This document shows, in pieces, positions 1 through 9,524 of a stretch of DNA of 59,584 nucleotides (positions within the stretch are counted from its first letter, which is position 1; each line of letters opens with the position of its first letter). The translations under genes and the position numbers were made by a program. The notes beneath the pieces were generated by a model, which was not told the origin of the DNA, ran no database searches, and saw only the letters and a program-made list of their open reading frames with translations. The DNA is from an uncultured archaeon (GTDB lineage Archaea > Halobacteriota > Halobacteria > Halobacteriales > Haloferacaceae), in NCBI GenBank assembly GCA_937138675.1, contig CAKZPG010000096.1, positions 1 to 59,584 on the forward strand, in the 5' to 3' direction.

Positions 1-1798
1 GACGGTGCTGCGGCAGGCGCTGCGCGAGGGGGTCAAGCCTGCGCTGTTCATCAACAAAGTTGACCGCCTCATCTCCGAGCTGCAGGAGGGCCCTCAGGAG
101 ATGCAACAACGCCTCCAGTCGGTCATCCACGACGTGAACAAGCTCATTCGCGGGATGACCGAGGAGATGGACCAGATAGGCGACTGGACAGTCGGCGTTC
201 AGGAGGGCACCGTCGCCTTCGGGTCCGCGCTGTACAAGTGGGGCGTCTCCGCCCCGTCGATGGCCCGCACAGGCGTCGACTTCGGCAAGATAATCGAACT
301 CGAGCGAGCCGACAACCGCGAGGGGCTCCACGAACAGACGCCGCTTTCGGACGTCGTACTTGACCTCGTCTGTGAGCACTTTCCGAACCCGAACAACGCC
401 CAGCCCCGCCGGATTCCGATGATATGGCGCGGCGACGACACGCTCGACATCTCCGAGCAGATGCGGCTGGTCGACGACACCGGCGAGGTCGTCATGATGG
501 TGACTGACATCTCGATGGACCCGCACGCGGGTGAGATCGCCACGGGACGGCTGTTCTCGGGGACGATCGAGAAGGGCCAGGAGCTCTACGTCTCTGGGAC
601 GGCGGGCAAGAACCGCGTCCAGTCGGTCGGGATATTCATGGGCGGCGAGCGCGAGGAGGTAGAGCGCGTTCCCGCCGGGAACATCGCCGCGGTGACGGGG
701 CTGAAAGACGCTATCGCCGGCTCCACGGTCACGAGCGTCGATATGACGCCGTTCGAATCGATCGAGCACATCTCCGAGCCGGTCATCACGAAGTCCATCG
801 AGGCGCGGAATATGGACGACCTACCAAAGCTCATTCAGGTACTCCAGCAGGTCTCGAAGGAGGACCCGACGATCCGGATCGAGATCAACGAGGACACGGG
901 CGAGCATCTGCTCTCCGGGCAGGGCGAACTTCATCTTGAGGTCATCACCCAGCGCATCGAGCGCAAGCGCGGCATTCCGGTCCACACCGGGGAGCCGATC
1001 GTCGTCTACCGCGAGGCGCCTCAGATGGCCTCCCGCGAGGTCGAGGGCGTCTCACCCAACCGGCACAACAAGTTCTACGTCACCGTCGAGCCACTGCCAG
1101 AAGACGTCGTTGAGGCCATTCGCCGCGGCGAGGTGTCGATGGGCATGCCGGAGTTGGAGCGCCGCGAGGCGCTCCAGGAGGCCGAGTTGGACAAGGACAC
1201 CTCCCAGAACGTCGAACATATCTTTGGGACGAATATCCTCGCCGACGCCACAAAAGGTATCCAGCACCTGAACGAGACGATGGAACTCGTCGTCGAAGGG
1301 TTCGAGGACTCGACCGAAGACGGCCCACTCGCAGCAGAGCCGGTTCAGGGCGCGCTAGTGCGTCTCCACGACGCCCGGCTCCACGAAGATACCATCCACC
1401 GCGGCCCGGCACAGGTCATCCCTGCGGTCCGTGACGCGCTCCACCGCGCGCTTATTGACGCGGATACCAAACTTCTGGAGCCGACGCAGAACGTCCGTAT
1501 CGACGTGCCCTCCGAACACATGGGCGCGGCGAGCGGCGAGATTCAGGGGCGGCGTGGCCGCGTCGACGACATGTTCCAAGAGGGCGACCTCATGGTCGTC
1601 GAGGGCGTCGCGCCCGTCGAGGAGATGATCGGGTTCTCCAGTGATATCCGCTCTGCAACGGAGGGCCGTGCCTCGTGGAACACCGAGAATGCTGGCTTTC
1701 GCGTGATGGCCAACAGCCTCCAGCGGGAGATCATCGCCCAGATTCGCGAGCGCAAGGGAATGAAGCAGGAGCTGCCCAGCTCGATCGACCACATTTAG
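1..1798 (+). CDS. fusA: Translation elongation factor 2 (aEF-2), 5' end outside the window
   Basis: ORF 5..1798 is open to the window start. EF-G/EF-2 domains II-V are recognisable, including the diphthamide-site motif [12 protein letters not shown]. Lies upstream of the tuf-rps10 pair. Confidence 0.95.
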   Translation, partial: TVLRQALREGVKPALFINKVDRLISELQEGPQEMQQRLQSVIHDVNKLIRGMTEEMDQIGDWTVGVQEGTVAFGSALYKWGVSAPSMARTGVDFGKIIELERADNREGLHEQTPLSDVVLDLVCEHFPNPNNAQPRRIPMIWRGDDTLDISEQMRLVDDTGEVVMMVTDISMDPHAGEIATGRLFSGTIEKGQELYVSGTAGKNRVQSVGIFMGGEREEVERVPAGNIAAVTGLKDAIAGSTVTSVDMTPFESIEHISEPVITKSIEARNMDDLPKLIQVLQQVSKEDPTIRIEINEDTGEHLLSGQGELHLEVITQRIERKRGIPVHTGEPIVVYREAPQMASREVEGVSPNRHNKFYVTVEPLPEDVVEAIRRGEVSMGMPELERREALQEAELDKDTSQNVEHIFGTNILADATKGIQHLNETMELVVEGFEDSTEDGPLAAEPVQGALVRLHDARLHEDTIHRGPAQVIPAVRDALHRALIDADTKLLEPTQNVRIDVPSEHMGAASGEIQGRRGRVDDMFQEGDLMVVEGVAPVEEMIGFSSDIRSATEGRASWNTENAGFRVMANSLQREIIAQIRERKGMKQELPSSIDHI

Positions 1799-1981
1799 CG
1801 ACGCGGTCGGCTCACTCTGCGGTGCTAGACGGGCCGCGGTGTGTCCGACACGGTTTTACCCGGTGGCTCTCGTCTTTCTGTGTATGCCCACGGGCACGCC
1901 ACACATCCGACGTCTCGGCACGGAGTTGCCTCTCCGCCGCGAGACGTCCATAATTCGGCCGGCGACCGTGGGGGTGACCGG

Positions 1982-2545
1982 ATGACCGAGGGCACTGCCG
2001 ACGCGGAGGCGGTCGAGGCCGACGGCGGCCGCGACCGGCCACAGGCCCACACCGTCCGGTTAGAACTCGCAGACGAACCAGGACAGCTCCTAGCGGCGCT
2101 CCGGCCCATCGCGGACGAGGGTGCCAACCTGCTCTCGATCTTCCACGAGCGGGGCCACCTCACGCCGCGCGGGCGTATCCCCGTCGAGGTCGACCTCAAG
2201 TGTCCGCCCTCGCGGTTCGAGAGCGTTCTTGACGCCCTGCGAGCGGAGGGCGTGAGCATCGTTGAGGCGGACGCCGAACAGTACGGTGAGCATCTGATGG
2301 TCATGCTGGTCGGCGACCTCGTCGGGACGGACCTCTCCGATACGGTGATGAGCATCGAGTCGTCACCGACAGCGACGGTCGAGGACCTCTCACTGTCGGC
2401 GCCCGGCGGCCCTGACGACGTGGCGAGTGCGCGCTTGCGTATCGCAACGCAGGCGGGCGAGGCCGAGGCGGCGCTCAAGCTCGTACGAACGCTCGCCGAG
2501 GAGAAGCAACTCCACGTCGTCGAACCGCTGACGGAGGGGCGGTAA
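1982..2545 (+). CDS. ACT-domain (amino-acid-binding) protein coupled to homoserine dehydrogenase
   Basis: ORF 1841..2545. The internal ATG at 1982 (MTEGTADAE...) is preferred because the upstream 47 codons are basic and non-acidic. ACT-like segment VRLELADEPGQLLAALRPIADEGANLLSI. The stop lies 1 nt before the hom ATG. Confidence 0.75.
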   Translation: MTEGTADAEAVEADGGRDRPQAHTVRLELADEPGQLLAALRPIADEGANLLSIFHERGHLTPRGRIPVEVDLKCPPSRFESVLDALRAEGVSIVEADAEQYGEHLMVMLVGDLVGTDLSDTVMSIESSPTATVEDLSLSAPGGPDDVASARLRIATQAGEAEAALKLVRTLAEEKQLHVVEPLTEGR

Positions 2546-2546
2546 G

Positions 2547-3503
2547 ATGCGTCTCGCAGTCGTCGGTTGTGGCGCAGTGGGGCGGTCGGTCGTTGACCTC
2601 GCCGCGGAATATGGCCACGAGGTTGTCGCGGTCGCGGACTCGCGGAGTGCGGCGGTCGACCCGGCCGGTCTCGACGGAGCGGCCGTCCTTGACCGGAAGG
2701 AGCACAAAGGCGTTGTCGGCGACGACGACCCGGACGACGTGCTCGCGGCCGAGTACGACGTCTTGGTGGAGGTCACCCCGACGACGCTCGGAGACGCGGA
2801 GCCGGGCTTCTCGCACATCGCGCGGGCGCTGGACCGGGACCGACACGTTGTCCTCGCGAACAAGGGGCCGGTCGCGGAGCGTTACGGCGACGTACGTGCC
2901 CGAGAGGCTGACTCGGCCGGGATCGTGCTGTTTGAGGCGACCGTTGGTGGCGCCATCCCGATACTCGGAACGGTCGCCGACTACGGGCCCGAGCGCATCT
3001 CGGCGGCGCGTGGGGTGCTCAACGGCACCGCGAACTTCGTGTTGACACGGATGGCCGCCGAGGGGCTTGACTACGAACACGTCCTCGCGGAGGCCCAAGA
3101 TATGGGCGTCGCGGAGGCCGACCCTTCGTTCGACGTCGAGGGGACAGACGCGGCGCTGAAATGTGTAATCCTCGCAAACGTCCTCGCCTGCGGCGAACGG
3201 GAGTTTACGCTCGCCGACGCTGAGGTGGAGGGGATCACCCAGATTCCGGGCTCGGCGCTTGACCTCGCGGCGGAGGCCGGCCGCACGGTTCGTCTGGTCG
3301 GCGAGGCGACTCCGGAGAGTGTGCGCGTCGGCCCGCGACTCCTGCCGGAGACGAGTCCGCTCGCCGTCTCTGGTACCCGGAACGTCGTCCAGATCGAGAC
3401 GACACACGCGGACGGTATCGACCTGTCCGGCCGTGGTGCGGGCGGCCCCGAGACAGCAACGGCGGTGCTGGCGGACGTCGGACGGCTCCCACCACTGGAG
3501 TGA
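2547..3503 (+). CDS. hom: Homoserine dehydrogenase
   Basis: 318 aa. N-terminal Rossmann motif VVGCGAVGRSV. Catalytic-domain strings LANKGPVA, GGAIPIL and NGTANFVL. Confidence 0.9.
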   Translation: MRLAVVGCGAVGRSVVDLAAEYGHEVVAVADSRSAAVDPAGLDGAAVLDRKEHKGVVGDDDPDDVLAAEYDVLVEVTPTTLGDAEPGFSHIARALDRDRHVVLANKGPVAERYGDVRAREADSAGIVLFEATVGGAIPILGTVADYGPERISAARGVLNGTANFVLTRMAAEGLDYEHVLAEAQDMGVAEADPSFDVEGTDAALKCVILANVLACGEREFTLADAEVEGITQIPGSALDLAAEAGRTVRLVGEATPESVRVGPRLLPETSPLAVSGTRNVVQIETTHADGIDLSGRGAGGPETATAVLADVGRLPPLE

Positions 3504-3635
3504 CGTTGCCGGGTGCGGGGCTTTCACACACGAAACCGGCGCGTCGGGCCGCGAGAATGCCGTGCGTGGTTTCGTAACCGTTTTACCCCGCTCGGGTCAG
3601 ATCTACCCACACAGCGCCCTGCGCGTGACACTATA

Positions 3636-4901
3636 ATGAGCGACAAACCCCACCAGAACCTGGCCATCATCGGCCACGTCGACCACGGCAAGAGTACGCT
3701 CGTCGGTCGACTGCTGTTCGAGACCGGATCGGTACCCGAACACGTGATCGAGCAGTATCGCGAGGAGGCCGAAGAGAAGGGCAAAGGCGGTTTTGAGTTC
3801 GCCTATGTGATGGACAACCTCGCCGAGGAGCGTGAGCGCGGGGTCACCATCGACATCGCCCACCAGGAGTTCGACACGGACAAATACTACTTCACGATCG
3901 TCGACTGCCCGGGTCACCGGGACTTCGTGAAGAACATGATCACAGGGGCCTCACAGGCCGACAACGCCGTTCTCGTGGTCGCCGCCGACGACGGCGTCGC
4001 ACCCCAGACCCGAGAGCACGTCTTCCTGGCCCGCACGCTCGGCATCAACGAGCTGATCATCGGGATCAACAAGATGGACGTCGTCGACTACTCCGAAAAT
4101 GAATACACGGATGTTGTCGACGAGGTCAAACAGCTGCTGAAGCAGGTCCGCTTCGACACGGAGGATGCAAGCTTCGTCCCCATTTCAGCGTTCGAGGGCG
4201 ACAACATCGCCGAAACGTCGGACGAGATGTCGTGGTACAGCGGCCCGACCCTGCTCGAGGCGCTCAACGACCTGCCCGAGGTCGAGCCGCCGACGGACGC
4301 GCCGCTGCGCCTGCCGATTCAGGATGTCTACACCATCTCCGGCATCGGGACGGTCCCGGTCGGTCGTATCGAGACCGGTACGATGCACCCGGGTGATATG
4401 GTCAGCTTCCAGCCGTCCGACGTGGGCGGCGAAGTCAAGACAATCGAGATGCACCACGAGGAGGTCGACCGCGCCGGCCCCGGCGACAACGTCGGATTCA
4501 ACGTCCGTGGCGTCGGCAAAGACGACATCCGCCGTGGCGACGTCTGTGGCTCGGCCGACGACGCGCCGAAGGTCGCCGAGACGTTCCAGGCTCAGGTTGT
4601 CGTGATGCAGCACCCGTCGGTCATCACTGAGGGCTACACCCCAGTGTTCCATGCCCACACCGCGCAGGTCGCCTGTACGGTCGAGAGTCTCGACCAGAAG
4701 CTTGACCCCGCATCGGGCGAGGTCGCCGAGGAGAACCCGGACTTCATCAAGTCCGGCGACGCCGCGGTCGTCACGATTCGGCCCCAGAAGCCGCTCTCAA
4801 TCGAGCCGTCCTCCGAGATTCCGGAGCTGGGTTCGTTCGCCATCCGCGATATGGGTCAGACCATCGCGGCCGGCAAGGTCCTCTCTGTGGACGAGCGATA
4901 A
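3636..4901 (+). CDS. tuf: Translation elongation factor 1-alpha (aEF-1A)
   Basis: ATG 3636 gives 421 aa starting [22 protein letters not shown]1 motif GHVDHGKS, G3 DCPGHRDF, G4 NKMD. The 41 codons upstream in the ORF track are basic read-through. Confidence 0.97.
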   Translation: MSDKPHQNLAIIGHVDHGKSTLVGRLLFETGSVPEHVIEQYREEAEEKGKGGFEFAYVMDNLAEERERGVTIDIAHQEFDTDKYYFTIVDCPGHRDFVKNMITGASQADNAVLVVAADDGVAPQTREHVFLARTLGINELIIGINKMDVVDYSENEYTDVVDEVKQLLKQVRFDTEDASFVPISAFEGDNIAETSDEMSWYSGPTLLEALNDLPEVEPPTDAPLRLPIQDVYTISGIGTVPVGRIETGTMHPGDMVSFQPSDVGGEVKTIEMHHEEVDRAGPGDNVGFNVRGVGKDDIRRGDVCGSADDAPKVAETFQAQVVVMQHPSVITEGYTPVFHAHTAQVACTVESLDQKLDPASGEVAEENPDFIKSGDAAVVTIRPQKPLSIEPSSEIPELGSFAIRDMGQTIAAGKVLSVDER

Positions 4902-4902
4902 G

Positions 4903-5211
4903 ATGCAGCAGGCACGCGTCCGTCTCGCCGGCACGAGCCCCGAGGATCTCGACGACATCTGCGACGACGTTCGAGAGATCGCCTCGAAGACCGGCGTCAG
5001 TCTGAGCGGCCCTATCCCGCTCCCGACGAAAACGCTGGAGGTGCCGTGCCGGAAGTCACCGGACGGCGAAGGGACGGCAACGTGGGAGCACTGGGAGATG
5101 CGCGTCCACAAGCGACTGATCGATATCGACGCCGACGAGCGGGCGCTGCGCCAGTTGATGCGGATTCAGGTCCCGAACGACGTCAGTATCGAGATCGTCC
5201 TCGAAGACTAG
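4903..5211 (+). CDS. rps10: 30S ribosomal protein S10 (uS10)
   Basis: ATG 4903 lies 1 nt after the tuf stop. 102 aa, [27 protein letters not shown]... The tuf-rps10 order is conserved. Confidence 0.95.
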   Translation: MQQARVRLAGTSPEDLDDICDDVREIASKTGVSLSGPIPLPTKTLEVPCRKSPDGEGTATWEHWEMRVHKRLIDIDADERALRQLMRIQVPNDVSIEIVLED

Positions 5212-5235
5212 CACAGCCACCACGACTTCTCTCTC

Positions 5236-5260
5236 TTTTGACCGCTAGCGACGGCGTTTT
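5236..5260 (+). terminator. Oligo-T termination signals after tuf-rps10
   Basis: Two T4 runs (5236-5239 and 5257-5260) directly downstream of the rps10 stop. Oligo-T is the usual archaeal termination signal. Confidence 0.4.
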
Positions 5261-5284
5261 GTCATACTCGGCCCACTCTCTGGC

Positions 5285-5851
5285 GTGTCAGTCCCGGCCC
5301 GCCTCCAACCGCTCGCCGAGACCCTCGCGCTTATGCTGGCCGTGACACTCGCCGGGTGGCTCGTCGGCCCTGCGACGGTGGCGCTTACGGGCGCCGTCCT
5401 CGCGCGCCCGTGGACGTTCGTCACGAGCGTCTACGCCCATGGCGACCTCGTTCACCTCTGCTCGAATGCAATCGTCGTCACCCTCGCGGGTGTTCCCGTC
5501 GCGTTGTCGACCACGCGGGCGCGGTTTCACGCATTCTTTCTCGCGACGGGGATAGTTGCCGGTGCCGCCGAGGTCCTCACGGGCGCGGCGGGCGTGATCG
5601 GCGCCAGCGGCGCCGCGTTCGCGCTCGTCGGCTACGTCGTCGCCGCCAACCCCGTGGCCGGCGTTGTCGCCACCCGAATCGACGTGTCTCCCCGTGTCGG
5701 GATCGCCGTCGTCGCGGCCATCGCGCTTCTCGTCGTTGTCCTGTTCGGTGGTGTCGGGAGCGCCCTGCTCGCACATTTCGTCGGTGCGGCCGTCGGTCTC
5801 GTCGCCGGACGGGACCGCCTGCTGGCGGTCACAGGGAGAACGGAACGGTAA
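5285..5851 (+). CDS. Rhomboid-family intramembrane serine protease
   Basis: 188 aa polytopic membrane protein with a GTG start. Motifs YAHGDLVHLCSN, GASGAAFALVGY (GxSG) and the downstream AHFVG histidine. Confidence 0.8.
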   Translation: MSVPARLQPLAETLALMLAVTLAGWLVGPATVALTGAVLARPWTFVTSVYAHGDLVHLCSNAIVVTLAGVPVALSTTRARFHAFFLATGIVAGAAEVLTGAAGVIGASGAAFALVGYVVAANPVAGVVATRIDVSPRVGIAVVAAIALLVVVLFGGVGSALLAHFVGAAVGLVAGRDRLLAVTGRTER

Positions 5852-5879
5852 AGTGTCGGCCCTCGCTCCCACACGATGC

Positions 5880-5951
5880 GGGCTCGTAGATCAGTGGCAG
5901 ATCGCTTCCTTCGCAAGGAAGAGGCCCCGGGTTCAAATCCCGGCGAGTCCA
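5880..5951 (+). tRNA. tRNA-Ala (anticodon CGC), CCA not encoded
   Basis: Folded by hand into a 72-nt cloverleaf. Acceptor GGGCUCG/CGAGUCC with G3:U70. D stem GAUC/GAUC. Anticodon stem CUUCC/GGAAG with loop UUCGCAA. T arm CCGGG-UUCAAAU-CCCGG. Discriminator A. Confidence 0.93.
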
Positions 5952-6270
5952 TCCCGAGGCCGCTTTGTCCGTAATCAATAGACGGCGAAGGGCCAGATAT
6001 ACCGTCGTTCTCTACAGCGACGGTGCCTTGATAGGGTCTATCGGCAATCGTCGGTCAGTTCAACCGGAACGGACCGAGGACGACCGGGCGCGGCACCGCG
6101 AGAGGAACTCCTCGGTGAGGGGCTCGCTCGTGAGGGTGGGTGCCTGTTGGTGCCCGAAGGGCCAGGTCTAGGGGTCGAACTTGACGAGTCGGTACTCGCT
6201 GAGTCGTACACCCTCCGGGAGATCAGGACGGGGCTCGGCGCGGACGGGCCGGTCGTCGGCCAGTAGCGGG

Positions 6271-7611
6271 CTAGCGAACCTCGCGCTCCTCCTCGGGCGG
6301 GAGGCCGTGCTCGTCTATCACCTCGCCATCCTCATCCACCGTCACGACCCCGCGGCTGTTGATGGCGTGAGGGTCGAGGCGTATCTCCTCGATAGCCTGC
6401 TTGTAGAGCCGTTCGACCGTCTCGGCGTCTTTCCCACGCTCGGAGGCGTGGTCACAGAGGTTCGCGAGCTCCTCGGGTACGTCGTTCTCGTGGACTATCC
6501 AGTGGTTCAGCAAGTCCGAGAGCCGGCGAATGGGCGAGGTGAAATGCCCGTAGATGTCGAAGTTGAGGGCGTGGTGACCGCCGAAGGGGTCGCTCATATA
6601 CTTCGCGCGGGGCATCACTTTCAAAACGGCGCGCTGGATGCGCGAGAGCTGTCGGTCCGGGGCCTCCTCCAGCACCGCGTTGACGGCCTTCCGTGGGTCG
6701 TCCCAGCCGCTTCCGGGGATAGAGACGCCGTCGAGTTCCTGAATCTCGCGCAGGGCCTCGTCCCATTCGTCGGGGGTTGGTTGGGGGTGGACGCGGTACA
6801 TCGCCTCAACGCCACGGCCCCACATCAACTCGTGCGTGACCGCTTTGTTCGCTTTCAGCATACACTCCTCGACGATCGTGTGCGCACGATCCCGCCGGGG
6901 GTTGAGGACGAGCGAGCCGTCCTCCTTTCGCTGCTCGTGAAGACGGTCTGCAAGTTCAAAGGCGAGCTGACACTCCGGTCCGAGCGGTGCGTCGGGGTCG
7001 TCGATCCGCGCTTCACACTGGCTGTAGGTCAGGCGTTCGTCCGAGCGGACGACCGACTTGTAGATCTCGACGTTCTCGAAGGAGAGCGTCTCTTCGCTCA
7101 GGTGCATCTCGACGGTGTGTGCGAGTCGGTCCTTCTCGGGGACGAGCGAGCAGACCGTCTCTGCGAGAACCGGTGGGAGCATGTGGACGGTGTAGGCCGG
7201 GAGATAGGTCGTCGTCCCGCGCTCGATCGCCTCCTCCCACATCGTGGAGCCGGGATGGACGTAGTGAGAGACGTCGGCGATATGCACCCAGAGCCGGTAG
7301 CCCTCGTCGGTGCGCTCGACGGAAATGGCGTCGTCGAAGTCCTGTGCGTCGGCGGGGTCGGTCGTCCACGCAGTGAGGTCGCGGTGGTCGACCCGGTCGT
7401 CGGCCTCGGCCGCTATCTCCGACTCGACGTCTTCGGTGCGCTCTCTAGCCTCCCGGAGCACCGCGCTCGGGAACTCATCACGCAGTTCGAACTCGGCAAA
7501 CAGGTCCTCACGCTTCTCGGCGAGCGTGCGGGCTTGGTCCGAGGTAATCTCGACCGGCCCCTGTCCTTCTGCGGTGCCAGCCTGCGCCTGCGCGTCGGCG
7601 TCGTTCGACAT
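6271..7611 (-). CDS. rnr: RNase R / exoribonuclease II family (RNB domain)
   Basis: 446 aa. RNB-domain strings TTDPADAQDFDDAISVE, HIADVSHYV and FTSPIRRLSDLLNH. Confidence 0.9.
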   Translation of the reverse strand: MSNDADAQAQAGTAEGQGPVEITSDQARTLAEKREDLFAEFELRDEFPSAVLREARERTEDVESEIAAEADDRVDHRDLTAWTTDPADAQDFDDAISVERTDEGYRLWVHIADVSHYVHPGSTMWEEAIERGTTTYLPAYTVHMLPPVLAETVCSLVPEKDRLAHTVEMHLSEETLSFENVEIYKSVVRSDERLTYSQCEARIDDPDAPLGPECQLAFELADRLHEQRKEDGSLVLNPRRDRAHTIVEECMLKANKAVTHELMWGRGVEAMYRVHPQPTPDEWDEALREIQELDGVSIPGSGWDDPRKAVNAVLEEAPDRQLSRIQRAVLKVMPRAKYMSDPFGGHHALNFDIYGHFTSPIRRLSDLLNHWIVHENDVPEELANLCDHASERGKDAETVERLYKQAIEEIRLDPHAINSRGVVTVDEDGEVIDEHGLPPEEEREVR

Positions 7612-7660
7612 ATCCCGTCGTAGCGGGCGAGCGGGTTAGTCGTGTCGGGCCGCGACCGTC

Positions 7661-7981
7661 TCAGTCTCGCCCGGATTCGGTCTCGGGGTGGTCCCCACCG
7701 GACTCGACGGCGTCGACGTAGGCGGCGAGAAACTCCGCACGACTCTGGCCCGTCCGCTCCACGTCGGCCAGGAGCGTCTCCAGCCCGGGCCGGGGCTGGT
7801 GACAGAGCCCGCGGTAACAGTCCTTACAGAGGTACTCAAACTCCTTGCCGTGTCGCTCCCAACGGTCGCCCTCCTTATCGTACTCCCGCGCGTCGGCGCG
7901 CGCGACAGACGCGCCACAGGCGATACAGTTGATCGTGCGCTGGTTCTGGTCCCGGGAACGCCACATGCAGTCATTCTGCAT
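7661..7981 (-). CDS. Small zinc-ribbon protein (CxxC...CxxC), function unknown
   Basis: ORF 7661..8116. The internal Met (MQNDCMWRS...) gives 106 aa and removes the overlap with the divergent PUA gene. Cys pairs CIACG and CKDC, with an acidic C-terminus. My reading of the numbered sequence lines disagreed with the ORF-track arithmetic by 1 nt here. The coordinate given follows the ORF track, so the start is approximate. Confidence 0.6.
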   Translation of the reverse strand: MQNDCMWRSRDQNQRTINCIACGASVARADAREYDKEGDRWERHGKEFEYLCKDCYRGLCHQPRPGLETLLADVERTGQSRAEFLAAYVDAVESGGDHPETESGRD

Positions 7982-8105
7982 CGGTGGGGACTTATCGTTT
8001 GCTTCGCGCGTCCGACGCTGACAAGACTTGCCCGCGGACAGACGAGCGAGGAGGTGTCGCCGCGCCGACCGCGGGGCTTTAGCCGTCGGCCCCAAATCCC
8101 TGTAC

Positions 8106-8585
8106 ATGCGCGCCAAGTCCCGTCACCACCTCCGGAGCGACGAGGTGCGGGCGATCGAGGAGCGACTTGCAGAGCGACTCGGTGTCGACCTTGCGGGCGA
8201 GACGTACGAGCGGGTCGACCTCGAAGGGACCGAGTTCGACCTCGTCCTCGTCGACGGCGACCCGGAGATCTGTTATGTCGACGGCGACCCGTTCCCGACT
8301 GTCCGGGGCGCGAACCGCCTTGACCCCGAGCGCCGCATCGTGACTGTCGACGCTGGCGCCGTCTCGTTCGTGAGCGACGGCGCGGACGTGATGCGCCCGG
8401 GTATCGTCGCGGCCGACGAGGCGATCACAGAGGGCGACCTCGTCCTCGTCGCCGAGGAGACCCACAGCAAGGTCCTCGCGGTGGGACGGGCGCTCATCGA
8501 CGGGTCGGAGATGGCCGGGGACTCGGGCCGCGTTGTCGGGTCGGTCCACCACGTTGGCGACGACCTCTACGAGTTCGGTGTGTAA
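8106..8585 (+). CDS. PUA-domain RNA-binding protein
   Basis: ATG 8106 (MRAKSRHHLRSDEV...) gives 159 aa. The C-terminal PUA-like segment VTVDAGAVSFVSDGADVMRPGIV...GDLVLV...LAVGRAL is typical of archaeal PUA proteins. Confidence 0.75.
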   Translation: MRAKSRHHLRSDEVRAIEERLAERLGVDLAGETYERVDLEGTEFDLVLVDGDPEICYVDGDPFPTVRGANRLDPERRIVTVDAGAVSFVSDGADVMRPGIVAADEAITEGDLVLVAEETHSKVLAVGRALIDGSEMAGDSGRVVGSVHHVGDDLYEFGV

Positions 8586-8647
8586 CTAGCCCTACCGCGT
8601 CAGACGCCGACGCAAGAACTAAGCGTTCGCCTCGCACGCATGAATTT

Positions 8648-9010
8648 ATGGGAATCATGCGCAAAATCCTCGGCTCGGGGGGGCAGCGGAGCGTCGACGA
8701 CTACGTCGAACTCGATCTTGATGACTTCGAGACCGCCCGGGGACACGCGGGAACGCAGGTTCATGTCGCCGAAATCTCAGACCAGCAGGACGTAATCCCG
8801 ATCAAGGACGCGGTGTACGACGGCGACCTCGTCGTCGCTGACATCACACGCCTGAATCCGAACGATTCGACTGTCGAACATCTCCTTGATGACCTCCGGC
8901 AGGTCGCCCGCGAGGTGGACGGCGACATCGTTCAGAAAGGGGATGACCAGATCATCGTCGTTCCGACGGGCTTCACCGTCGGCCGCGAGAAGCTCTCCGC
9001 GCGGCACTGA
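8648..9010 (+). CDS. sepF: Cell division protein SepF homolog
   Basis: 120 aa. Pattern YVELDLDDF...VHVAEISDQQDVIPIKDAVYDGDLVVADITRL...GDIVQKGDDQIIVVPTG matches archaeal SepF (DUF552). It lies immediately upstream of uvrA, as I recall for Haloferax (from memory, unverified). Confidence 0.8.
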   Translation: MGIMRKILGSGGQRSVDDYVELDLDDFETARGHAGTQVHVAEISDQQDVIPIKDAVYDGDLVVADITRLNPNDSTVEHLLDDLRQVAREVDGDIVQKGDDQIIVVPTGFTVGREKLSARH

Positions 9011-9524
9011 CGGCGCGACCGCTGGCAGACCGTAGACTAACCCCTGACCGCGATATCGGGCGCACGGTGGCTGATAATCGCTTTGCAGCCACGATCACAT
9101 CGGCCTCTGTGTCTTCTGATATCTGTTCGCTCGGACGGCCAGTCTCAAGAAGTACCACACGCCCCGCCAGGCCTCGCCCCGACGGCGAGCGACTGTTTTG
9201 TGGCGTGTCACCCCGCCTACTAGCCAGCCGAGCGCAGCAGCGCCGCTACCACCCACGATGCCCGGCGAGACCCAGCCGTGTCCGGTGGCGCTCGATCGTG
9301 ACATCCGACGGCGTGATACCCGCCTCTCGCGGCGGTCAGTCGTCCCCCGCGAGCGCCGTCTTGTGGGTCGCTTGATGACCGGTGTGGAGGGGCGCTTGTC
9401 GGCCCGGTCGGGACGCTTCGGTTCGCGCCGGGCGCTCCGCGTGCGGTCGGCCGGAGAGCTGTGGACAAGCGCGAATACTGACCGGATCGACAGGTTCTCC
9501 CTCGGGCACGCCTACTTGTGTTCA

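Noticed and set aside
1799-3635. Interruption of the fusA-tuf block by the ACT and hom genes, considered as a possible rearrangement or insertion.
   Set aside because: From memory the same arrangement exists in Haloferax (unverified). Both genes are ordinary biosynthetic genes with native-looking composition.
5952-6270. Possible integrated element or integrase remnant next to tRNA-Ala, including protein-like short frames (for example SPLLADDRPVRAEPRPDLPEGVRLSEYRLVKFDP) downstream of rnr.
   Set aside because: I saw no direct repeat of the tRNA 3' end, no integrase-like ORF and no start codons for the short frames. The high GC3 of one frame is expected by chance at this GC content.
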